Part shown: positions 1-5,789 of the stretch, one piece after another | Numbering within the stretch: the first letter of the stretch is position 1 | How the letters are laid out: every line of letters starts with the position of its first letter | Virus record (IMG/VR): IMGVR_UViG_3300033075_000331 | Direction: 5' to 3' (one strand) | DNA: 20,000 bases | Source: an uncultured virus (IMG/VR IMGVR_UViG_3300033075_000331) | Lineage: Duplodnaviria > Heunggongvirae > Uroviricota > Caudoviricetes | The notes under the pieces: model-generated | The model's database searches: none | Seen by the model: the letters and a program-made list of their open reading frames with translations, nothing else | Told to the model about the DNA's origin: nothing | Program-made: the position numbers and the translations under genes

Positions 1-320
1 ACTGGCATGTTAAGATCATTCGCCTTCATACAAATGTTCTTGGCTAGAAGTGATTTTCCACTTCCCTTTGTACCAGTGAACATTACTCCTGTCGATGCTG
101 ATCTTGATGTGAAAGTATCCAAGATGCGAGTAGTCCAATCTGACAACTTACCATATAAACGCTGATTGAGCTTATAGTTGTCAATCTGCTCTAATACCAA
201 CGTACCAACCATCGGCACTTCCTTAATCATATATGTGTTGCCGGGCAACACATCTAACATCGTAACGTTTGTATCTTTAGTAGGTGTAATCGTGTTGCCT
301 TTCTTGAAATACGTGGTCAT
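1..320 (-). CDS. AAA-family P-loop ATPase, N-terminal part (runs off the window edge)
   Basis: Manual translation from ATG at 320: MTTYFKKGNTITPTKD...STGVMFTGTKGSGKSLLAKNIC, with Walker A GxxGxGKS after a hydrophobic strand. Not in the ORF track because it is truncated. Confidence 0.8.
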   Translation of the reverse strand, partial: MTTYFKKGNTITPTKDTNVTMLDVLPGNTYMIKEVPMVGTLVLEQIDNYKLNQRLYGKLSDWTTRILDTFTSRSASTGVMFTGTKGSGKSLLAKNICMKANDLNMP

Positions 321-329
321 TGATTAATG

Positions 330-638
330 TTATGGAGTGGGTTTGATTGTGCCGTTAATATGCGTTACGGTAGGAAGCTCAATCTTGGCGATTGATGCCT
401 TAAGTTCTTCGCTTAAAATGCCATCAATTCCAACTAATGGCTCGACATCAGAAGGCATCGCTTTAGAGAACTTGATATTGCTCACGGCTTGCCAACGAGG
501 TTCATACGACGCGCGCAATTTCGCCAGAATTTCCTCATCGAGCCACGGCTGCAAATGAGTCACCAATTCGCGGGTCGAAATGGTATGAAATAGGCCAAAT
601 CGACGAAAAATCAACCATAGTAGTTTCCAAGTCTTCAT
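330..638 (-). CDS. hypothetical protein (~102 aa, likely start MKTWKLL)
   Basis: 3' part of ORF 330..824; ATG at 638 lies just after the stop of 640..858 and avoids the overlap. Confidence 0.55.
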   Translation of the reverse strand: MKTWKLLWLIFRRFGLFHTISTRELVTHLQPWLDEEILAKLRASYEPRWQAVSNIKFSKAMPSDVEPLVGIDGILSEELKASIAKIELPTVTHINGTIKPTP

Positions 639-639
639 G

Positions 640-858
640 CTACTTGGCCCACTTACGAATGAGGGCTTCCTTTCGGGTACTGACAGGTTGGGTACACACA
701 CGACCTTGACCAGTACCGCGCGACACCTTGAAGTCCTTACCGGGGATATCCACTTCGGTAAGCCACGTGCCTTCACCTTTGGCAGCACGAGGAATGACCT
801 TTTCAACACTTCCAGCCTTGGCAACTTTCTTTGCCCAATACTTACTGCGTCTGCTCAT
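640..858 (-). CDS. small basic hypothetical protein (72 aa)
   Basis: ORF track; tight packing on the coding strand; K/R-rich. Confidence 0.55.
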   Translation of the reverse strand: MSRRSKYWAKKVAKAGSVEKVIPRAAKGEGTWLTEVDIPGKDFKVSRGTGQGRVCTQPVSTRKEALIRKWAK

Positions 859-876
859 GTTATCTGTTTGTTAGAG

Positions 877-1089
877 TTATAACCACGTGCGCCAGCACCA
901 CAAACATTCCGGTTCTGGATGATAGTCCATTTCACCATGTGAACAATCCTTCTGTAGTTGTTCCAGTTGATCGTCCAAATCGCTAATCTTCTGATCACAC
1001 ATCTTCTCTAATGTCGCTTGCATTTCTTGCACTGCGATAATTTGTGCGCGAAGTTCGATTCGTCTTTGAATAACCTCATCTTTTGTCAT
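877..1089 (-). CDS. hypothetical coiled-coil protein with C-terminal CxH...CxxC motif (70 aa)
   Basis: ORF track; heptad-like N-terminus, then CSH...CLWC; ATG is 1 nt after the tRNA-Met 3' end. Confidence 0.6.
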   Translation of the reverse strand: MTKDEVIQRRIELRAQIIAVQEMQATLEKMCDQKISDLDDQLEQLQKDCSHGEMDYHPEPECLWCWRTWL

Positions 1090-1090
1090 A

Positions 1091-1162
1091 TGCTAGTATT
1101 AGGAATCGAACCTATTAAAGCCGCTTATGAAACGGTTCGGGATAGCCAACCCCCCTACTAGC
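1091..1162 (-). tRNA. tRNA with CAT anticodon (Met or Ile2)
   Basis: Acceptor GCTAGTA/TACTAGC+A, anticodon loop TT-CAT-AA, T-loop GGTTCGATTCC. Confidence 0.8.
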
Positions 1163-1166
1163 GTGA

Positions 1167-1238
1167 TGCTCACGGATGGAATTGAACCATCTTTGATAAC
1201 GTGTCGAGTTACCGTGTCCACCAGTTCACTACGCGAGC
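1167..1238 (-). tRNA. tRNA-Val(GAC) with C at position 33
   Basis: Acceptor GCTCGCG/CGTGAGC+A, anticodon stem GTAAC/GTTAT, loop TC-GAC-AC, T arm GATGG-TTCAATT-CCATC. Confidence 0.75.
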
Positions 1239-1465
1239 TATTCGTCTATGTTGTAGATGAATGCCGGGGTATTGTCCCCAACATATGCCGTTGTCACATT
1301 ATGACTCATCCATTCACTAGCTTCCTCGTACGTCATACCTTGATTCACGAAGATTTCAATGCATTTGTCATAATTGTAACAGACTCGACGTGGCAAACTG
1401 TGAATCTCTACGATCCCAACAATTGCCTCATCCAAGCCGTCAAAATATACTAGATCATCGTTCAT
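1238..1465 (-). CDS. conserved-looking phage hypothetical protein (75 aa, start MNDDLVYFDG)
   Basis: Pattern DGLDEAIVG...YNYDKCI...MTYEEASEW...YVGDNTP resembles common phage hypothetical proteins (from memory); the longer ORF call runs through tRNA-Cys. Confidence 0.75.
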   Translation of the reverse strand: MNDDLVYFDGLDEAIVGIVEIHSLPRRVCYNYDKCIEIFVNQGMTYEEASEWMSHNVTTAYVGDNTPAFIYNIDE

Positions 1466-1466
1466 A

Positions 1467-1553
1467 AGCACCAGACAGGATTCGAACCTGTGATATGGGA
1501 AACCCCAAGAAATTTTGCAGATTTCTGCCTTTGACCACTCGCGCCACTGGTGC
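1467..1553 (-). tRNA. tRNA-Cys(GCA) with long variable arm
   Basis: Acceptor GCACCAG/CTGGTGC+U73, anticodon arm GAAAT-CTGCAAA-ATTTC, variable region TTGGGGTTTCCCATATC, T arm ACAGG-TTCGAAT-CCTGT. Confidence 0.85.
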
Positions 1554-1560
1554 AACTACG

Positions 1561-1770
1561 TCGTTGGTAAAAAATTGAACGTGCAGTCCGGGGTATGCCC
1601 GTTAATTGCGGATTACCTGTTACAGATTCCGCCATCCACAGATTAGTGCAGGGTATTTGTTTTGCAACATCACCTACTGGTCTCGCGACTTACCCACTGT
1701 GTTACTGAGTCCTGTTTTTCTATTGAGCTTAATATTAGCGAAGATAATGCACATTTCGCCGTACCAACAA
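1561..1770 (-). ncRNA. unclassified structured ncRNA (~210 nt)
   Basis: Ends pair (TTGTTGGTA/TACCAACGA, then ATGTGCA/TGCACGT); internal helices GGGTA/TACCC, CACAG/CTGTG, GCGGA/TCCGC; GNRA hairpins GTC-GCGA-GAC and GTT-GCAA-AAC; 5' end coincides with the predicted start of the promoter at 1778-1806. Confidence 0.55.
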
Positions 1771-1777
1771 CTTTCTA

Positions 1778-1814
1778 TATATAGCTTGGGAGGGGCGAAA
1801 AGTCAACCCCTCCC
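1778..1814 (-). promoter_or_regulatory. sigma70-type promoter overlapping a GC-rich hairpin (possible terminator of the Ro60 gene)
   Basis: TTGACT(1806-1801)-N17-TATATA(1783-1778); inverted repeat GGGAGGGG/CCCCTCCC (1788-1814) with the -35 box in its loop. Confidence 0.65.
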
Positions 1815-1821
1815 GGCCATA

Positions 1822-3441
1822 TTAGATATCACCACGAACGAAGTCCGCAATGATCGACGGTGTTGCCGTGTCAAAACCAACGACGTCCAACTGGTTTCGA
1901 TCTGCTGGGTCTGCAATCGTGAATCCGTTTGAGACCATACCAACAACAATCATCTTGGCGTCGGGCTTATCCATCGCCTTTCGGTACTGTGATAGAGCCT
2001 GACTTGGGTGAGCCACACGTCCTGCCCACGTTTCGCTGTCAGTGTAGACCGCAAACGCATCTACATCGACCTTGTTCTGCTTTGCCCACAACATTGGAAG
2101 TGAGCAGTCCGTTCCGCCCATCGGGATACGATCTATTGCCGCATGAACTTCTGCAAGTGTCATGTTTGGCGTAAGCTTCGCACTAACGAGCTTATCAGAG
2201 AATGCCAATACTTCACATTCCTTTTCAACTCGGTACGTTACCATAGCCATAACAGCCGCACCAATTCTAGGCGTCAAACCCGGAACACCCGCCAATTCTG
2301 ACCAACTCATAGAACCCGAGACGTCAAGCGCCAAGACGTTCTTTTTGTTGGTTGGAACAACGTTCTTGAATGCCGCATAGAACGACGTATCCAATGCTCC
2401 AATGATGGAGTGATTTGGTAGCCAATTCAATGAACCACGGACACCATGCCCACGCTGATACGTCAAGAGCGCAGACAAAATCTGAATTGGGTGAATCTTG
2501 GACTTACGCAAATCCTCGACATTTGACAACTTGTCGATAATTGCCTTCGTACCATTCGATAGTGGGGCAATGTACCCAACCGACGTCATCTTGGCAAGGT
2601 TACGAACCAATGCCGTGTATCCCATGTGAGGAACAAGAGCTTCCCACACGCGCTTGTCGTTTAAAGACTCCGTTGGGAGCACTTCACGTGGCAAGCGATG
2701 TGCCTCAATCAACTTGACGATCTGCTTCACGTCCGTTGTGCGCTTGACTTCCTCGATAGCTGCCATGTATTGCGCAACATCAACGTCAATGTCAAGGAAC
2801 GTATCTTCCTTCACCTTATCGGCCAAGAAAGCAAACAACGCTTCGTGAGTAGGCGTTGCAGGAGTTGGGTGCGCAAGACGCAGAACGTCCAAGTGCGTCC
2901 AACCATCACGGTTTGCATACTTCGTGATTTGCTGTGCAAGCTGCAATGGCGACTTCTCATTGTACCACTTGGAGAATCCACGACGGATACCACGTCCCCA
3001 CGAACGCATAGCGTCAACATATGCGGCCAAATGGAGAATATGCGTACCGATACGCGCAACCTGTGGGATGGCGTTTTCTGCGGCCTTACGAGCCTCTACA
3101 TCACCATGCGTGAGCACGAGTGCAAGCGCAAACAATGCAGGATCGTTCTTTGGCGCACGACCGGATTCTGAGATTTCGACGATTTCCTTGACGACCGCAA
3201 CGCCATTGGACGTAATCAACTTCACGATGCGCTTGGCGTTCTGCTCGGTCAACTTCGACTCCGATGCATAGAACGAACCACCTTCGGTTCCAAGGATCAA
3301 GAAACGACGGAGCAAGCTCATGTCGTCTGGTGTGAAGGAATATCCACCCGCCGAATTCTTAACCATCGGCTTGCCCGGAATAGGCTTCGTCTGTGGGGTG
3401 GATGAACGGTTTTCGATTGACTTCAAATAAACATTGGACAT
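1822..3441 (-). CDS. rsr: Ro60/Rsr RNA-binding protein (TROVE domain + vWA domain)
   Basis: 539 aa; motifs NSAGGYSF, LRRFLILGTEGGSFY, KYANRDGWTHLDVLRLAHP, ALVRNLAKMT, IHPIQIL; vWA MIDAS DVSGSM, GGTDCSLPM, YTDSETW; C-terminal IADP.D...LDVVGFD; GAGG RBS. Confidence 0.96.
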   Translation of the reverse strand: MSNVYLKSIENRSSTPQTKPIPGKPMVKNSAGGYSFTPDDMSLLRRFLILGTEGGSFYASESKLTEQNAKRIVKLITSNGVAVVKEIVEISESGRAPKNDPALFALALVLTHGDVEARKAAENAIPQVARIGTHILHLAAYVDAMRSWGRGIRRGFSKWYNEKSPLQLAQQITKYANRDGWTHLDVLRLAHPTPATPTHEALFAFLADKVKEDTFLDIDVDVAQYMAAIEEVKRTTDVKQIVKLIEAHRLPREVLPTESLNDKRVWEALVPHMGYTALVRNLAKMTSVGYIAPLSNGTKAIIDKLSNVEDLRKSKIHPIQILSALLTYQRGHGVRGSLNWLPNHSIIGALDTSFYAAFKNVVPTNKKNVLALDVSGSMSWSELAGVPGLTPRIGAAVMAMVTYRVEKECEVLAFSDKLVSAKLTPNMTLAEVHAAIDRIPMGGTDCSLPMLWAKQNKVDVDAFAVYTDSETWAGRVAHPSQALSQYRKAMDKPDAKMIVVGMVSNGFTIADPADRNQLDVVGFDTATPSIIADFVRGDI

Positions 3442-3470
3442 AAAACGTACCTCAATAAAGGTAAAATTGT

Positions 3471-3534
3471 GATGATCAAATAAAACGTACAGGAGTTTTA
3501 TCTTAAAAGGATAATCCTATACAGCCGTACCATC
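3471..3534 (-). ncRNA. minimal Y RNA-like element (Y-a, ~64 nt)
   Basis: GATGGTACGG-CT-GTATAGGA-TTATC-...-TCCTGTAC-GTTTTAT-TTGATCATC: bulged terminal helix, second helix and UUAUC as in Y RNAs; ends ~30 nt before the Ro60 start codon. Confidence 0.75.
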
Positions 3535-3537
3535 TAG

Positions 3538-3660
3538 TTGGGACCGAAGGATTCGAACCTTCACCACGCCTTCCGAATAGGTAACGTTTCTCAAGGCGTA
3601 CCATTACTGGTCAAGAAATAGAAAAACGAATTACGTGTGCTTCCGTTACACTAAATCCCA
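3538..3660 (-). ncRNA. tRNA-Y RNA chimera (Y-b): tRNA body whose anticodon arm is replaced by a circularly permuted Ro60-binding module
   Basis: Acceptor TGGGATT/GGTCCCA+A, D arm GTGT-AACGGAA-GCAC, T arm GAAGG-TTCGAAT-CCTTC; in between CGTTTTTCT...TTGACCA-GTAA-TGGTACG...AGAAACG-TTACC. Confidence 0.78.
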
Positions 3661-3666
3661 ATAAAA

Positions 3667-3723
3667 GCGGTCAAAAGTCGCGAAGGGGCATTGTTTGGAA
3701 GATAACCCTTCACATCGTACCGC
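3667..3723 (-). ncRNA. minimal Y RNA-like element (Y-c, ~57 nt)
   Basis: GCGGTACGA-TGTGAAGGG-TTATC-TTCCAAACAATGC-CCCTTCGCG-ACTT-TTGACCGC. Confidence 0.78.
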
Positions 3724-3736
3724 GTTAAAACAAATG

Positions 3737-3945
3737 TGCGTGCGCTACATGGTATTGTAGTCTTGCGGTCGAAAATCGAATGATTGCTCACCCACGACAA
3801 CGATTTCCTCTGTAAACTATTCATCAGATAGCGGACTTACGGAGACGTCGATTTTAATTTTCCTACCGTTATCTGCGCTGTGCCTCTGCCAACATCACAA
3901 CACAGGTGGTTGTGATGACCGATAGATTGGTTACACTACGCACGC
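3737..3945 (-). ncRNA. expanded tRNA-like structured RNA (~209 nt), unclassified
   Basis: Acceptor-like GCGTGCG/CGCACGC+A, then TA-GTGT...GCAC (D-stem-like, enclosing the hairpin CATCACAAC/GTTGTGATG), helix CAGATAACGG/CCGCTATCTG, and a T-arm-like CTACA-ATACCA-TGTAG directly before the 3' acceptor strand. Confidence 0.55.
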
Positions 3946-3954
3946 GAAAAACTT

Positions 3955-4180
3955 ACAAATGGTCAAAAACGATTTGGGGCTATTGGTGTCGTCATCACAC
4001 CGCAACCTCTCGCGAGGATTTGTTGGTATTTCCAACCTTGTCGTCTGCAATACTACATAAAATCGCCGCTTAGGACTTGTGGTTGCATTACCCACCATTC
4101 ACATTATGTACTTCTTTGGCCGCATGTGATGCACGGACGTTTCGAATTTTTAAGATAACCCAATATCAACGGACCATCGT
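3955..4180 (-). ncRNA. long Y RNA-like element (Y-d, ~226 nt) with a multi-hairpin inserted domain
   Basis: GATGGTCCG-TTGATATTGGG-TTATC ... CCCAAATCG-TTT-TTGACCATT; the insert contains TACATAA/TTATGTA, GTTGG-AAATA-CCAAC, CCTC-GCGA-GAGG and GGTGT/ACACC. Confidence 0.75.
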
Positions 4181-4186
4181 ACTACA

Positions 4187-4261
4187 TAGCGGGGTCACGA
4201 TTCGCACGTGATCTGTTGCCAAGTTATGAGCATGGTGAGCGGCTTTTGCTCCATCCCCGCG
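4187..4261 (-). tRNA. degenerate initiator-like tRNA-Met(CAT)
   Basis: CGCGGGG/CCCCGCT+A with the C1:U72 mismatch typical of fMet, loop CT-CAT-AA; but T-loop TGCGAAT, no GG in the D loop and no triple G-C in the anticodon stem. Confidence 0.6.
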
Positions 4262-4268
4262 ATACAAG

Positions 4269-4339
4269 TAGCTCGCCTAGGAATCGAACCTAGTTTTCTA
4301 GCTTATGAGGCTAGCGTGATGCCAATTCACTTTCCAGCT
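4269..4339 (-). tRNA. tRNA(CAT) with mismatched acceptor stem (possible pseudo-tRNA)
   Basis: Good D arm GTGA/TCAC, anticodon arm CTAGC-CTCATAA-GCTAG, T arm CTAGG-TTCGATT-CCTAG; acceptor AGCTGGA/GCGAGCT has two mismatches. Confidence 0.65.
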
Positions 4340-4351
4340 ATATAGCTCTGT

Positions 4352-4612
4352 CTATGACAACAGAGCCGAACTTAACTTTACTGATGTTGATCTTTTCGGT
4401 GGTGCCTGAACCGTTAACGTCGTCGAACCTACCGATGGTGTGCTAAGCAACCCCGATACCGCTGTGAACGACGTATTTGTGAACGACCCCGTGCATCCAA
4501 CCGATACCCACTGATTTGTAGCAGGGAAGGTCGTCATGGAATACGAGGCGCTTACTATACCATTGTAAGGTGTTCCTTGTCTTACATTGATATCAGACGC
4601 CACCGGAACTAA
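4352..4612 (-). CDS. Ser/Thr-rich extension, probably reached by -1 frameshift from 4609..4800
   Basis: ORF 4352..4603 has only a GTG start with no clear RBS and is in the -1 frame of the slippery heptamer C CCT TTT (4618-4612). Confidence 0.5.
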   Translation of the reverse strand, partial: LVPVASDINVRQGTPYNGIVSASYSMTTFPATNQWVSVGCTGSFTNTSFTAVSGLLSTPSVGSTTLTVQAPPKRSTSVKLSSALLS

Positions 4613-4800
4613 AAAGGGCGAATCAACACTTCCAATTCATCAATATTTTCTGCGACGTTATCTGGTAGTTGACGAGCGATCAAGACCATCGCCTTGTTCG
4701 TGTTTTCTGCCATCAAACGACCCTGAGCAACAATTTCCGTACGAGTAGAATTCAGCACAACGTAATCAAATACTTGTTTGGGCTTCACTGTCTCTGCCAT
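4609..4800 (-). CDS. hypothetical protein (63 aa, ends VLIRPF)
   Basis: Strong AAGGAG RBS; ORF track. Confidence 0.75.
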   Translation of the reverse strand: MAETVKPKQVFDYVVLNSTRTEIVAQGRLMAENTNKAMVLIARQLPDNVAENIDELEVLIRPF

Positions 4801-4903
4801 AACCGACTCCTTGTTAGAGCGCCGACAATTCCAGTAGTCGGGCCTTCTGTGTGTCGGTTAGACGTGTGACGCTTTTGAGAAGTAACAAATCCATCAAGTC
4901 AAT

Positions 4904-5101
4904 TCATTCTATCACCAATTCAAATGGATAGAATACATATGGGTCATCGTCTACTTGACGTTCAAGCAATACCCAAATTTTGACGTGTTTTCTCCAATCT
5001 TCGTGTTCGTGGTGCGTGATTTTGACCACTTTTCCACTATCATTCGTTTCTATTGATCGAACTATATCACCAAGTTTTGGCAGGGGCATTTGGTTTCTCA
5101 T
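4904..5101 (-). CDS. hypothetical protein (65 aa, SH3/KOW-like pattern)
   Basis: KLGDIVRS...GKVVKI...VKIWV pattern; ORF track. Confidence 0.55.
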   Translation of the reverse strand: MRNQMPLPKLGDIVRSIETNDSGKVVKITHHEHEDWRKHVKIWVLLERQVDDDPYVFYPFELVIE

Positions 5102-5212
5102 GTAAATATTGAGATAACCATTTAGTAGAGAGTGGAGACCGAATATCCTCTACGCTCGGTCTTACACGTTACAGCGCCACATGCAGTTGTGACTGAGGAA
5201 TTTCATTACAAG

Positions 5213-5286
5213 TCGGGAAGACAGGATTCGAACCTGCGGTCTTTCGGTCCCAAACCGAACGCGTTACCGGACTACGCTACTTCCCG
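5213..5286 (-). tRNA. tRNA-Pro(TGG)
   Basis: CGGGAAG/CTTCCCG+A, anticodon arm TTCGG-TTTGGGA-CCGAA, T arm GCAGG-TTCGAAT-CCTGT. Confidence 0.92.
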
Positions 5287-5709
5287 AAAATCATAATATC
5301 CAAACTGTACTGCCGTTTTTCTACGATGACAATTCGCACATCGTACTTCACATTTCGCGATTTCTGCGAGAATTACTTTAATCGACAATCCTCGCAACAT
5401 GTTAGCAATTGAATCTCGTTTTTCACCTGTGACGTGATCAAATTCTAAAACTATAGGATCGTTCTCACCACAATCAACACAAGGATGTTCCGCAAGATAT
5501 TGCCAAATGAATTTTCTGTTTCGTAGACGACTTCTTGTATTTTTTGCTTTTGCTTTATTGCGTCTGAGCGGGTTATTCCTATAGTACGCTTTATCGTATT
5601 CTTTACAACAAAGTTTACACTTTCTTTGTCTTCCATCAATTTCAGAGCATTTCTTATAAAATTCTGTCAACTCTTTGGCGATTTGACAAATATTACATAC
5701 TTTTTGCAT
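5272..5709 (-). CDS. HNH endonuclease with N-terminal zinc finger
   Basis: CxxC...CxxC, CVDCGE, LEFDH, RCANCH; stop codon lies 15 nt inside tRNA-Pro. Confidence 0.88.
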   Translation of the reverse strand: MQKVCNICQIAKELTEFYKKCSEIDGRQRKCKLCCKEYDKAYYRNNPLRRNKAKAKNTRSRLRNRKFIWQYLAEHPCVDCGENDPIVLEFDHVTGEKRDSIANMLRGLSIKVILAEIAKCEVRCANCHRRKTAVQFGYYDFREVA

Positions 5710-5789
5710 AGAGGCTAACGTAAGAGACCCCTATAAATATGTCACCCGCTTTGAAATCTACTAATCGCGCCCAAATTGTTTAAAAGAGA

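Noticed and set aside
3770..3830. Hammerhead ribozyme core (CTGATGA ... GAAA on the minus strand)
   Set aside because: Stem III could form (AAATCG/CGATTT), but stems I and II do not pair, and the CTG is better used in the CAGATA/TATCTG helix.
3737..3945. tmRNA or a fifth Y RNA
   Set aside because: No G3:U70 alanine acceptor, canonical T-loop or tag frame; the GGTAGG/TCGACC pairing does not reproduce the Y handle and UUAUC is absent.
3471..4180. CRISPR array or simple direct repeats
   Set aside because: The recurring parts are short motifs with covarying helices and irregular spacing, not identical repeats with uniform spacers; no cas gene is present.
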